The notes below the pieces were generated by a model. The model was not told the origin of the DNA, made no database searches, and was given only the letters and a program-made list of their open reading frames with translations. From NCBI GenBank assembly GCA_050084515.1, contig CM114271.1, positions 16,678,001-16,742,000 of the forward strand: DNA of 64,000 nucleotides, in the 5' to 3' direction. Made by a program: the position numbers and the translations under genes. The stretch comes from Blasia pusilla (taxonomy: Eukaryota). Shown here in pieces: positions 1 through 13,181 of the stretch (position 1 is its first letter; the number at the start of each line of letters is the position of its first letter).

Positions 1-206
1 TAATATCTCCAATAAAATAAGGTCAAATCTCTCTCACAACACCATAGCTCTCATATGTGTGCACTCTCACATGTCAAACCAAACTCACTCTCCTAATGAG
101 AGGCTTGGGTTACACTCACAAGGCAAGGGACCATAGCTCCGCAGCCTTGTGGGAGGAGGGCTACGTTTAAGGTATCGTGTGCATACACATCGCTACACAA
201 CGTACA
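1..206 (-). repeat. Fragments of another copy of the A-subfamily terminal module
   Basis: 1-~140 matches 322-~480 with a small deletion. 173-206 matches the start of the B' repeat. Confidence 0.7.
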
Positions 207-973
207 TGTCGTGCGCATACACATCGCTATACAATATACATCGCTGTCACCGAACACACACAAAAACACGCACCATCCCATGCTAACTCATGGCATCCAT
301 ACACAAAGGCGAGAAGTACCAAAATATCTCCAATAAAATAAGATCTAATCTCTCTCACAACACCATAGTTCTCACATGTGTGCACTCTCACATGTCTCTC
401 TCAATGTCAAACCAAACCCACTCTCCTAATGAGAGGCTTGGGTTACACACACAAGCCAAGCAAGACCATAACTCCGCCGCCTCATGCCAAGAGGTTCAAC
501 AAAGAGAGAATGGGCTCTCAAGCTCTCTCCTTGAGATATACTCCTCCCCTCTCCCAAGCTCTCTCCATGGTAACCTATTCTCCCAAGTCACCTCCTTGGC
601 TCTTGACCTAATGTAGGAGGTCAAAGGACACTTACCAAAAATATAAAGTTGATTGTATACTCAAAATGGTACTTATCTAAAATAGTAAGTTTCTCAATAT
701 GGCTCCAAATGAGCCGAAACGAAAAGGAAACCTGCTCTCTCAAGTTTCCCGGGACCTCAGCAGGTTATCCTACTGACTCTGTCCTCTGCTACTCACGAAG
801 GCACTCTACTAGGTCTCACCAATCTATCATAAGAGACGTGATAGTTGTCGTGCGTATACACATCGCTACACAACATACATCGTTGTCACTGAACACACAC
901 ACAAACATGCACGATCCCATGCTAACTCATGGCATCCATACACAAATGCGAGAAGTATCAAAATATCTCCAAT
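207..973 (-). repeat. 3' split-repeat module of copy A: B1' (973-846), AC, A2' plus spacer (843-335), B2' (334-207)
   Basis: 207-334 and 846-973 are near-identical (TGTCGTGCG(C/T)ATACACATCGC...AAATATCTCCAAT). On the element strand the junction reads CACGACA-AC-TATCACG. Confidence 0.85.
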
Positions 974-1146
974 CGCCCTCCTAGCTGGTGGTTAGGTCCC
1001 TCTAACTTTAGATAGCCATCTATCCCTACCTACCACGACGTACATCTCTAGGACACTAAGAGCAGAAAGTCCGGGTGCTCATGTGGCCCCATCGTTAGTC
1101 GCCTTCCTGTCATCCATGTCACAGAAAGATTCGGAATCGAAACCTA

Positions 1147-2560
1147 CTTAGTATCTCCTCTATGTACATCTATATGCCAACCTCTCGAACATCCATCACA
1201 GACTAGCATCGTGGCCGCACCACGGGCAGAACCACACAACATACAACGCAAGCCTGCAAGAACTATTGCTAAGCTCGGATCTACTGTACCATCAATGTTA
1301 GGAAGGTGACATGATGCACAATTACGCACATGGTCCTTCCATACCATACCATACCATATCATCGCGTCCCTCCAGCAAGAGAACACCGCATAGCAAAACG
1401 TCACGCACTCTCAGGATAGTGCACCATGCAGTCACATCCAACGTCGTCGGTGCCGTTTTCTGCAAGTAGACATAATCTCCCTGATGAAACCTCCGGAGAG
1501 TTGGTCGATAACCACCACCCCGAATAGTAGCATACCTCAATGTATCTCGATGATGCGCAATCGCCAAGTTCTCGAATACCATGGCCATCACTCTCCAAAA
1601 GAACTCAGCCCTTTGAGAACATGCTTGCATCCATACATCTGGGTCATCAAGATCCAGGACCTCACCAGCATCTCGACGAATGGCCGCATGTAAATCTAGC
1701 TCTCGGCCATAAAGTAGCAAGTACGGTGAAAAAGATGCTAAGGATGCTTGCCTGCTGAATCTGTATCCCATCGCCAACCAGGGCAACTGGAGGTCCCAAT
1801 CTCCTAGGTGACCTCTCTGCAAGCCAAACTTGCGTAAACTCCTCTTCACCGTCTACACAACTCTCTCTGCTAATCCATCCGCCTCGGGATAATCTCGCGA
1901 AGTTGTGCGGTGGTCGATCAGCGCCTGATCACACAAGGCCTGGAACTCACCGCGAAACTCGGTACCTTAGTCTGTCAACACCTCAGCTGGTGCGCCGTAA
2001 TGACTTAGCATTCAATCTAGGAAGGCATACACTACTCCCTCACTTGCTTTTTTTGCAATGCAAGCAACTCGATCCACTTTGAGAAGTGCTCGACCATCAC
2101 CAACACATAACGACTGTGATGCTCCGTCAAAGGCAAAGGTCCTGCAAAATCCAAACTCTATCTATACCCTAAGCCCATGATCGGTAATGGATGCAATAGT
2201 GGAATCAGAGCATTGAACGATGCTCAGACCCGATCACACACCATGCACATGACAACAAACTGTTGAACATCAGTCTGCTTTTCTCGCCACCAATACTAAA
2301 TCTGGAGCAAGTTGTACGTCCGCTTCATCCCAAAGTGACGAACTCCTCGTGGGCATGCTGCACTAGTCGTGCTCTTTGCAAAGGATTCGACACTACGCGT
2401 ACTCTGCCAACCTCCCAAACCCTCAAAACATGTGTCCCCTCCCAACGGAACCGTCTGGCCGGCTGTAGGATCCGATCCTGCTCTCTAGCACCCACGGTGG
2501 TCGCAACGTTGCCTGTACGAAGGTACTCCAAGACTACTCCATCATCATGAATATCTCGGC
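1147..2560 (-). pseudogene. Copy A integrase (HHCC zinc finger, DDE core) plus truncated C-terminal PHD finger
   Basis: Fragments HAHEE..., LDFAGP, VLTD*G, GLAER, WDLQLPWLAMGYR, FHQGDYVYLQ and CMLCGSARGAATMLVCDGCSRGWH, with frameshifts and stops. Confidence 0.9.
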
Positions 2561-2739
2561 CACTTGTCATCTCCTCACTGGCCTCGGGATCCAAGGACTC
2601 TCCACTAGACCTCGCCATTGAAGTCTCCAAACTCTGGCTCTCCATAGCCAACATGCCTAAATATGCTAACGGATGCCATCCTGGCAGTGACTCCTCATCA
2701 CTGTCTCCATGCCATCGAGCTCCAGTCGCATCTCACTGA

Positions 2740-4130
2740 CTCGGGCATGGGTTACGACTCAACCCATTTGCATCTTGGTTGAGCGTCCCAATTCTATGTA
2801 CCACGTGAAAATCATACTCCTGCAACAACAGAGCCCATCTCGCAAGCTTCCCTGTCAGCTTGTCGGACTCCATCAACCACTTCAGTGGTTGATGATCAGT
2901 AATGATGGTAAAGGGGTTGCCGAATAAGTAACACCTGAAATGCGCGACAGTCCACACCGCAACCAAGAACTCATCCTTATACAAGCTGTACTTTGCCTCT
3001 GCAGCGTTGTTCGAGCGGCTAGCGTAAGCCACCACGAACTCTCTACCCTCATCATCATGCTGGATGAGCACCACTCCAAGCCCCAACATGCTCCAATCTG
3101 TGTGCAACTGGAAAGGACGCCTCTTGATCGGTCTCCTCAAGATGGGCGCGGACGTCAACCCGTCCTTGAGCAACTAAAATGCTCGCTCCTACTCATCCCC
3201 CTATTGCCACTCGTGATCCACCTTGGTCAGCAAGGTCAACGGCGTCGCAATCGAACCGAATCCCTTGACGTACCACCGATAGAAGTTTTCCAATCCCATG
3301 AATGCGCGAACACGACTCACATCTGTAGGGCGTGGAATGCGTGAGATAGCCTCTACCTTCGTCTGCTGAACACCAAGGCCCCCTGGGTATATCGTAGGAC
3401 CCAAGTACTCAATCTGGTCGTAGAAGAACTTGCACTTGCCTGGATTTAGCTTCAGCCCATGTAATTGCAATCTTCGAAACACCTCCTCTAGATGTCACTC
3501 ATGCTCCTCAACCGTGGCGCTAAAGACTATCATGTCATCAATATTACACCTAGCAAAATCCAGACCAGCCAAGATCTTATCCATGACCCTCTAAAACTCA
3601 GCGGGGGCGTTCTTTAACCCAAATGGTAAGAACGGCCACTGATACAAACAATCCTTCCCGTAAGGATCAATGCCCCAAAATGCCGTCTTCTGCCTGTCCT
3701 CCAATCTGATTGGCAACTGATGGTTTCCAACCTGCAAATCCAATGAATTGAAGCCTTTGCGTGACGAATCGTATCAAAGATCTCCTCAGGGATGGGCATG
3801 GCATACCTATCGGACTTCGTCTGCTGATTGATAGGTCGGTAATCCCCATACATCTGCCTATCCGTCCAGTTGCCATGCACATCCTTCTTGGCGGGCATGA
3901 CAGTGGCAGATGCATACTCCCCATGTGACATCTCCACTAGTCCTGCTCCGACCAAGTCCTGGATCCTACTCTGAAGCAGAGCCCTCTCCATATCACTGTA
4001 CTTGTAGGGTCGTCAGAAGATCGGCGTATCACTCGACAACTCAATGCGGATCCCCAGTCCCTTGAGCGTACCCAAATCCTCCATGCTAAATCCAAAGCAG
4101 ATCCTATAACTCTTGAGGATTTGATGTATC
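2740..4130 (-). pseudogene. Copy A reverse transcriptase / RNase H
   Basis: DYRPIN, YAMPIPEEIFD, LPFGLKNAP, (N)IDD, GLKLNPGKC, FQLHTDWS, VVAYASR, TDHQPLKWL, LARWALLLQEYDF. Confidence 0.93.
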
Positions 4131-4536
4131 GGCCTCATATCAACTTAGGGCCCATATTTGGCTCCCAAGTCTCCATCGTGACTATGGTAGGACTCTGTGG
4201 CGCAGGTATTGGTGGTTGCTATGGTGCAACCCCGTCTCAAACAACAACACTCGGCTGCTCTCCTGCAGCCAACTACAAACTCTGATCTCCTCCACATGCA
4301 GTGCCCGAAACCACGCTCAATGTTGTGGCTATCATCTCCGAGCGTACCTGCAAAACATCCCAAGAAGTCCAATGGTGTCTCTCCTGATCTCCCCTGGTGT
4401 GTCGATCTCCTCACGTCTCCCCCCCAACCACTGCCTCCACCGTCTCGGTAGGCATGGGGCTCACCAATGCAACCGCTGTGATATGTCGCGATCTCATCTG
4501 ACGCTGCTCAACCACTCCCAAGTTGAAGATCCATGT

Positions 4537-5466
4537 CAAGCAGTTCAGGTCCATCGCCTGACCCAAGACATAGTGCCGTGATGCCTCTGATATTGACGGT
4601 ACTGCTATCACTCCTATGGGAAATCACATCGCTTGCTCTCTCTTATCGGCGTTGGGCTCCAGGAACCGCTGAACCTGGTCATCCCAAACCAAGCCAAGAC
4701 CGACCTCCTTGTATGCATAGGAAGCAGGAAAACTCACAAACATGGGCAAGGTTGTCCAAGGCCTACCTACCCTATTGACCACAGTCAACGGTGGTCGATC
4801 ATCGTGCCTCACTGCCTGTGATCGACGACCTGGATCCAGAATGGAATCCACTAACAAATGGGAGGGACGCTCCACTCTTGCATACGCCCTCTATAACACC
4901 GCATGGGGCACCAAGTTGGTCCACCATAGACGCGGGCGATGGGCTCTAGAACCTACACTCGCGGCATCCAAGAACACTGTTGGGCCAATCCAGGCATGCA
5001 CTTGATGAGCACTCGTCACCAACCGTGACCTGGAGTCTCCTAAGATCGGCACATTCTCTAGAATGTAGGTTGGAGAACGAGACTAGTGCTCTTGCAATTG
5101 CCGTAAGACCCTCAACATCTCCCAAAACAACCTAGACCGAGTGTCAGCCAACCCGTTGCCTCGTCCAACACTCGATTGGCCCTCACATGGCCAACCAAAA
5201 ATGACCAAATCAATGGTCCCTACCAGCTCTAAGTCCTGCGCCCCCAGCAACAAAATATCCCTCGGTAGGGAAGTCTGGTACCCCTTTACTGCGGACGCAG
5301 ACAATAAGTCGGGAAAATGTAGGTGTAACTGCGCCAAATGTCGTAGTGAGACGCGCCTCGTAACATCATCACTCTCCACATACAGGTATTGCTGTACTCG
5401 CACTCCTGCATGCAAAACAACAGCTAACCCGATGCTAATCCCTCCAAAGAGATCTAACACTCGAAA
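4537..5466 (-). pseudogene. Copy A C5 cytosine DNA methyltransferase domain
   Basis: Motif I VLDLFGG, motif IV GWPCEG (catalytic PC), motif VI ILENV, motif VIII RAHRPRLWW, motif IX REQAM*F and motif X LGQAMD occur in canonical order. Confidence 0.9.
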
Positions 5467-5819
5467 ACCCTCCTCCAGGGTGGATACCACACAATGGGTG
5501 TGGTATCCAAGGGTGTCATCGTAGCACTCCCTGCTACCTTGGGTTTCTCAGACCTGTTACGCTCCGATGCAAACGCCTCGCTCCATGCGGTCTGCACGTG
5601 CTCATCTGCCAATCGTCGAAGCTCCTCAATTGAGCCCCACAACGGCACCTCTCCTCAACGGAATGATGCGGTACCATAACACTCCTCTCCATAGAAATAT
5701 CAGGAACGGGAGTATCCTCTACATGGACATGTCCCTCAATCAAATCACTAGGCCTAGTGATGGCAGTGCTAAATACTGCTAAGGTCACCATCTCTCCTAG
5801 CCGTTGCTCAATCACTGCA

Positions 5820-6300
5820 CGTGTGAATCGAACAGGTAATGAGCTAAGGCACCCATCACCTGACTGCCATCCTCGTCTGTGGGACTCTGACTCCTCCCAG
5901 TAATCCAGGGAAAACCCCATCGGGTATAATACTGCTCCACCAACCAAGACGTCGTAGGACTCTACATCAGTCACAATCGCCTTGGCTCGCACCACGGACT
6001 CATCTGTAGGATGTCCCGGGCGAGTCCTCACCACGACCTTCTGTCGGGTGATATACTGTGTGTTACTTGCTCCACCCAAGGATGTCTCTATGTGGAATGG
6101 ACAACGCTCCACATCGGCTCTCGTCAAGCCCAACCCTCTAAATGACGCTTTCCCCAACATCAGGGGTTGCACTCCTGAATCCAACAAGACGCGCTGTGGA
6201 CTAAAAGCTCTACCTCCGGGACTCACCAACTATAAGACCTCTCCTCGGTTATCCAACAACACAACACCAGGAGAAGCCATGGCACGCTCTAACCGGGTCT
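5820..6300 (-). pseudogene. Copy A retropepsin-type aspartic protease
   Basis: VLLDSG active-site motif and the downstream YDVLVG motif in ORF 5534..6229. Confidence 0.8.
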
Positions 6301-6899
6301 AGCGGGCATCTCCGCCATCCTAGCAGCCGTAGCCTGCCATGAATCTGACGTGGATGGCCCGAGCATCTGCTCCAATCACCTCTGAACGTGAGGCAAGAAC
6401 TCCAACTCCGCGCTCACATAGTGAAGCGGCCAGCCAAAAAGCCTCGACGGGCGTACACCCCAATGTCATAATATCAGAAGTAGAAAATAAAGGAGCGCGA
6501 TACACAATGGTGGCCGCCCCCAACAACGTGCTCGACACATGCCCCTCCTGAGCATCAACAATAGGAGTCGTCGCACTCGCTTCTCCGATCGCCCTCCGTG
6601 CCTACACACCAACAACATCACCAACTCTTTGGGAACTCTGATCACGACCCATCGATGGGGTCCTCATCACCTCGGACAATGTGAAAGAATGAGGAAGCCT
6701 AGTCTGTTTCCTGGCTTCCCCTCGCTGTGCATCCAACTCTGCGGCTGCTCCACGCGTCACAACTGCGGCTGCCTCCATCTAGGCAACCCCGCACATCCAA
6801 CCAGGATCCTCCCTATCTCTGGCTGCGCCATATGATGTCGATGACATGGATTCGGCATCGGGTAATCTCAATGCCATAGCGCCAATATGCTCCTGTAGC

Positions 6900-8400
6900 T
6901 GATGTATCTGAGCAGCCATCCTAGCCTCACACCCGACATCTCCCTGGAAGCGTCTAGGTGGTAGGACTCTACCTCCTCCACGGGCAGCTCCACCATCCTG
7001 TCGGGCAACTCGAGCTCCTCGTCCCCCAACTAGACGACTAGGTGCACGATCTCTAGGCCCACCCGAACTGGATATTGGCTCTAGTATCCTCTCTGGCTCT
7101 CAGTCCGGACGTTACTCAAGATGTAAATTGAAACACCTGGAGCGTGCATGAGCATACCTCTGACAATAGTCACACTGATAACCTCCTGGTGCAACACCAT
7201 CTCCTCCTCCATGATGAGGCACACGTCCATGACCCTGACGAGTGTAATCACGCTGATGATGGGCTCCACCACATGACCAACAAGTAATAGTAGGCAGCTG
7301 CTGCAGAGTCGCATATGAAGGCGTAGGTCTCTGTGGCATGGCCTCTCGGTATCCTCCTTGAGCTCGTGGTGCCACAGTCAACCTATCTCGGAGTCCACGT
7401 TGCTACACAGGTGGTGTAGACAATCGTGAATGCTCTCGCCCAGAACCCATGGTGGCTACGCTCTCCTCCGCCATGTTGCGCTAAATATTCTCGGCGGTCC
7501 TAAAAACATCTCTCAATGTAGGGGAGGTGTTCATAAGAAGCAACCCCTCCCGCACCCGTGTACGTAGGGTCTGGTCCAACATTGCGTACCATGATTGGAT
7601 AGCCTCAGCCTCTATCACCCCCTGAGTGATGTTGATCAACCGGCGCAAGCGAGTGTAAGCCTCATGCAAACTCTCACTCGGGCGCCTCTAGAAGTCGTGG
7701 ATGCTCTGCAACTTCTCCTTCCGTTTCCCTTGGTAGCTCACCCTCAACTCATCAAAGAACTCAACCACGGGATTGAACCTGGGACGAACTCGACTAGACG
7801 GTGCAACTGCTCCAGTGTGAGTGACCCCTCCTAAAACATCACTAGTGCAAGAGGAAGTAGCGTCTCTTGAATCCTCCTCCTCATCAGGGAATGGCTCTGT
7901 CCATGACACATAGTGTGGATCATGGTAGAGTCGCCATGCCTCAATCTCCTAGGTATATCTGTGGGAGAACTCATGGTAATCGTCCATAGGTGCCCCCTCT
8001 AAATGCTGGAACATACCGTTCCATGTTGTAAACGGGTTGAATTATCTAGAGTTCCTAGCCCGTTGTGAGTCACACCAACTCCTAAACTCCGCAATGAAGT
8101 CGTGTAGCTCTATGGTGCTTACAATACCCAAAAACCTACGCGGTCCTCTATCCCGGTCGTCCATCTCGTACGCCCAACTGGTAGGACCACTCATAATGTG
8201 TGGCGATGTGCTCACAAACTCCTCTACACACTCTCCCTTGTCTGAAGACGACACAGAAGGAGATCGAGATGGTCTCTCACGTGGAGGCCCTCAAAACCTC
8301 GCACCACTCCGGGTAAACCCTCCAGAGCTACTCTCAGGTCCACTACCTCACCTCTCAAAATCCTGAAAGGACGCCGTGATGGCCCTCGTGCCCCTCTCAC
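6900..8400 (-). pseudogene. Copy A gag-like region with two zinc-knuckle-like motifs
   Basis: TIELHDFIAEFRSWCD, EAYTRLRRLI, CWSCGGAHH and CDYCQRYAHARSRC; homologous to the gag of copy B. Boundaries approximate. Confidence 0.75.
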
Positions 8401-10234
8401 ACGATCACTCTCAACCTCGCGAGTAATCCCTCAATCACTCATCCCAAACATGTGGCACTCGATCTACACTCTCCCTCCCCGAGACGTGTAACGTGCGGCA
8501 ACAAGTGGCGTGGTGCGGAAAATCGACCACGCTATCATCTCATCAACAACCTACCCTCAACTCTGGACATCCCACATAGGTCTATGTCCCCTAAACCACA
8601 TACATAAATGATGCTCTCAGTATCCAGACAACCCAATATCCCCAAATAAACTACCCAAATCCCAGAATCCCTCACGCGTGCAGGGTTAAGGACAAGAATG
8701 GGTTACCTGAACACATGTCGATGTTGCTCCTCACCAAGTGCAAATTTCAACCCCAACTCGACCGGAGTATGAAGGCTCAAGATTGGTGATCTCCCAAGAA
8801 TGATTTTTTTTTGGATGGGAAGAGATTGACGGAGGGGAATAAATGGTGGAAGTAATCGGGGTGGCAGAATGGAGAGGCAGGTGGTGGTGAAAAATGAGTG
8901 TGATCGTTTCACAGTTTCAAGGATCAAACCAGGCAAGCTCGAGTTGTCTAGCCCCTTAGCTACACCCATAACATCTTCGAGACCAACCAGCTATTGTTGT
9001 TGTTATTGTTGATGCTGCTCAATATCCACCACTTGCTTCAACCCTCCCTCTTCGACGTCTCCAGATTCACCCAATTCTTGCTCATCTACGGTGCTCGCGG
9101 AAATTTTTTAATCAGAGCTCCCAAACTTGTATATAATGCCTCCATCTACACACTCTGACAAATGCAAAGCAAACCATAAGGAGTAAGTGGGCGTTGAAAG
9201 TTCCGGGTTCTCGTTGACTAGATGAGATAGAATGTGTTCTATTCAGATTCACTCACTTAGTTTTGTGGCGCCCTACCTATCACTTTTGTCAAGACCAATC
9301 CTCCAAGTACTCTGGGCTGATGACGTCAAACCGTGACATGACACTCGCTTCACTAATAAGGAATTAACGTATGTGAAAGTGAAAAACGTTTTATGCTACG
9401 TAGGTGGTTATGACTTGGAGGACTCTATGTGATCCAATTCTTCCTTCTCTGCCACAACTATTCCTTTCACATATGCTAAGTATCAGTGGGATGATCCCAG
9501 AATTCCGGGGGTGGACACCTCTGGTCTCCAAGAGCACTGAACCAACGACGTCATATGAAGGGTTTGTCGATGCACACAGCCGCAAAAGTACCAGGTTGGA
9601 ATGATTCCCTCTCAGCACTTTACTCGAGCCTACATGTTGCTTGATGGGTAGATGGAAGGCCGGACAGACTGGATGCAGTGCTGAAAATATCAAAGCGGTG
9701 CTCGCCATGTTCACGCACACTTGTCTATGCCATTGATCTATTAAGCCCCTCCTCAAACCTCTCGTTGCAACCTGCGACATCATACCGTTCTGTACTCTAC
9801 ACTCCACCGCCAAACAATTTCTGCCCTCGAGTAGCATCTCCACCTATGTCTCAGACCTCAAACTGTGTTGTATGTCCCCTTATTGTAGTTATTGGTTCAA
9901 CCATATGATCCAACCCAACCACATCTAAGACTATTCTATCTGCTGCCAGCTAAACCCAACCAAGCAAAGCCCAACCAATCCACACAATTCCCTCACTGCA
10001 TCTCCTTTTCCTTCTCCTTCCTCCTTTATGACCTCCTTCCTTTCCGCCTGTTGACTTTCCTCCACGCTACACTATACACCTAGTAGGAAACATGTCTATT
10101 TTCTTCAACTAACAAATGTGAAACCCCAGAAATCAATTGCAATTTAGACTCCTTGTCGAATAAGACATCATTGGCGCACATAGAAGGGGTCCGAAGGCAT
10201 AATTTTGGCCATGAATCCCGTTGACCATAAAATT

Positions 10235-10238
<4 letters not shown>

Positions 10239-10266
<28 letters not shown>
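10239..10266. repeat. (CT)n microsatellite
   Basis: Direct reading. Confidence 0.95.
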
Positions 10267-10269
<3 letters not shown>

Positions 10270-10385
10270 CATGGTATTCTGGGCTCCGTGTGGACAATAA
10301 ATCGTTCCATTCTCTTGGAAGAGAATTTCGAAAAGCCAAGCCCTTCTCTGTCACTCCTTGCAATTACGTGGTAAAGTTCCTACTT

Positions 10386-10889
10386 CTACCACGTCTTCCG
10401 ACCCAACCCTCCCGTGTATCCAAAAAAATCCCATTCTAAATGAGTTCCACGATCGACTTTGCTGCTCATATTGCTGCATGCTCCTGAGATTCTTACATAG
10501 CCTGGGATCTCCTTGCTGTCCACATCCCTTCCGTAATCATTGTCGGCAACAGAGATTCGTGCGTACCTATCTCTATCTCCACGGTTGCCAAAATCAGTAT
10601 CACTTCCATCAATAGAAAGCCTTGCAAATCTAGTATCAATCTCTGTGAAGTTTCGATGGTCATATTCAATGCGTGACATAGGAACTCTTGCGTACAGCGA
10701 ATAGTCTCTCTCTATGTACCTCCGATGTTCAGATTCAGGCATGTCTGAAACAGATATCCTTGCATATGGTGAAAATGTCCTCTCCATAGGCTTAGTCTTG
10801 GCCTGCTCCCCATGTTCTATGGAGAGGTCCATCATTGGTAGGTCCATCAAACATAAGTAACCGACCTCATGGTTCACTACATCTCCCAA
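10386..10889 (-). CDS. Orphan ORF (167 aa) with five (Y/F)(A/V)R(I/V/L)(S/P) motifs; coding status uncertain
   Basis: Uninterrupted ORF with protein-level periodicity: PYARISV, LYARVPM, RFARLSI, RYARISV, GYVRISG. The start codon is non-ATG (TTG), with in-frame ATGs downstream. Confidence 0.35.
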   Translation of the reverse strand: MGDVVNHEVGYLCLMDLPMMDLSIEHGEQAKTKPMERTFSPYARISVSDMPESEHRRYIERDYSLYARVPMSRIEYDHRNFTEIDTRFARLSIDGSDTDFGNRGDRDRYARISVADNDYGRDVDSKEIPGYVRISGACSNMSSKVDRGTHLEWDFFGYTGGLGRKTW

Positions 10890-10956
10890 CAGCTCAAACG
10901 GCCTACTCCATTATGCGCACTTTTTGTTGTTGTCTCGCGCCAAAGGCATCTTACCC

Positions 10957-13170
10957 ATTTTTTGGCCCTCCTCTTCTTCCTAAAGCCCATAAATCATGAA
11001 ATTTTGTCACAAAATGAAATCTAGTGTCAAGATCCCAATGGAAAAAAATTCTCAAAATTATCACACAAAGAAGGAAAAAAAATTCAAAAACTCTAAGTGT
11101 GGTTTCCAATTTTAATTGAACATGGAGTTTGATTTGGAAGATCCACACCGTCCAATTGCAATAGGGCATTCCCAACCCCACATCCCTAATGTTTCAGCTC
11201 AATCCAACGGTGGGAGCTTGGGGTGCGTGGATAAGAAGACCAAAATTTAAAGAAGACTCGGATCATTACTTGTAAATCATTCATATTCCTTTGCTTCTTT
11301 AATTTTTGGCCATCCTCTTCATACTTATGCCCATAAATTGTGAAATTTGTCTCAGCATTCATTGTAGTATCAAGGTCCCAATCCTAAAAAAATAAAATCT
11401 CAAAATTATTACACATAGAGGGAATAAAAAATATAAAACTCTAAATGTGGTTTTCCAATTTTAAATTGAACATGGAATATGATTTGGAAGATCCACACCG
11501 TCTAAGTCCAAAAGAGCCTTCCTAACCCCACATCCCTCATGTTTCAGCTCAATCCAACGGTGGAAGCTTGGGGTGCATGGGTAAGAAGACCAAAATTCAA
11601 AGAACACTTGAATCATCAGTTGTAAATCAATCTTATTCCTCTTTCTTCTTCATTTTTTGGCCCTTCTCTTCTTCGTAAAGCCTATAAATCATGAAATTTT
11701 GTCACAAAATGAAATTAAGTGTGAGGATTCCAATTGAAAAATAAATTTTCAAATTAACTAGACTGTAAGGGAATAAACAATCAAAAACCCTAAATGTGGT
11801 TATCCTAATTTAAATTGAACATGGAGTATGATATATAAGATCTGCATTGTCTAAGGGCAAGAGGGCATTCCCAAACTCATATTCCCCATGTTTCAGCTCA
11901 ATCCAACGGTGGGATTACGGATTCGGTGATTGAAAGAAGTCTTGGAACATTACTTGTAAATCACTCGTATTCTTCTTTGTTCTTCATTTTTAGGCCCTCC
12001 TCTTCATCCTTAATCTCATAAATCATGAAAGTTTGTCAAAAAAAATGCACTTTAGTCTCTAGATTCCAATAGAAAAAGAAATTCTCCAAATGACCACACA
12101 TAGAGGGAGTTAAAAATAGAAAACCCTAATTGTGGTTTCACAATTGAATTGAACATAGAGTATGATTTGGAAGATCCACACCATACAAGGGCAATTGAGA
12201 ATTCCCAACCCCACATCTCTCATGTTTTAGCTCAATCCAACAATGGGAGTTTGGGGTGCGTTGGTAAGAAGACCAAAATTCAAAGAAAACTTGGAACGTT
12301 ACTCGTAAATCACTCATATTCCTCTCTCTCCCCTCCACCCTCAAGAAGGGGTCCAAAACTCAAGAAAGTTTTCCCATAGGGGCACCCCAACCCCATGATC
12401 ACACATGAAAAGAAACAACTTCAAATGACCACTCACACATGGAATTAAAAATCGTATACCCAAGGTCTTTCATTTTTGGTATTAGCATGGGGGGGGCAAA
12501 AGGCAGATCTGAGCCGTTGAAGTCTTATACAGGTCTAATTCAAAGGCTTGTGCCAAGTTTCATGACCATCCAATGGTTAGAAGAAAATATATGTGTATGT
12601 TAACATGAAATTGACACAACGACTTGGAACAATCCTAATACAAGTCCTCCTTGTCCTTCTTGACCCTCATTTTCTCCCCTCCACCCTCAACCAGGGGTCG
12701 AAATTTTATTTTTTTTTCCAAATGGGCACTTCAATTAGAGTAACACAAGGGACAATAAAAAACTGCAAATGACCACTCACACATGGAACTAAAAATCGTA
12801 AATCCTAAATAAGGTCTTTTATTTTTGGTATGAGAGTGGGGAGCTAAAAAGAAGATCTGAACCGTTCAATTTTTGGACAGACGTGATGAAAAGGCTTGTG
12901 CTAAGTTTTATCACCATCCAATGGTTGTAAGAGACGATAGCTCAATGTTAACATGAAAAGACATGTGCGAAGTTTTATCATCATCCAATGGTTGGAAGTA
13001 AAGATAGCTCCATGTTAATATGAGAATGCCACAAAGACTCGACAAAATTCTACTTGAAGCCCTGCTCTTCCTTCATGACACCTCCTATTCAACACCATCC
13101 AATGGTTGGAAACAAAGATACCTTCCATGTTAACATGAAAATGACATAAATACTTGGAAAAATCCTACTC
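10957..13170. repeat. Tandem array of ~335-350-bp units (4 copies, ~10957-12325) followed by a second set of diverged repeats
   Basis: Units begin near 10957, 11303, 11653 and 11986 and share CAGCTCAATCCAACGGTGGG and TTGAACATGGAGT. CATCCAATGGTTG...TGTTAACATGAAA recurs near 12568, 12915, 12982 and 13096. Confidence 0.9.
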
Positions 13171-13181
13171 TTCGTTTGTGA

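Larger units (their letters stand above)
207..9338 (-). mobile_element. Ty3/Gypsy-like retrotransposon copy A (Gag-PR-DNMT-RT-RH-IN-PHD), decayed, with split-repeat 3' end
   Basis: Collinear minus-strand ORF fragments for all domains. The 3' terminus ...CACGACA lies at 207, and the terminal ~128-bp repeat recurs at 846-973. The 5' terminus is tentatively TGTCACG at 9338, with no TSD recovered, so that boundary is uncertain. Confidence 0.85.

Noticed and set aside
9190-9338. A1' repeat of copy A matching A2' (~700-843)
   Set aside because: Only short collinear words match (TRTCACG, GATTGGT, GTAGRGYGCC, CCCGG) and there is no TSD. Used only as a tentative boundary.
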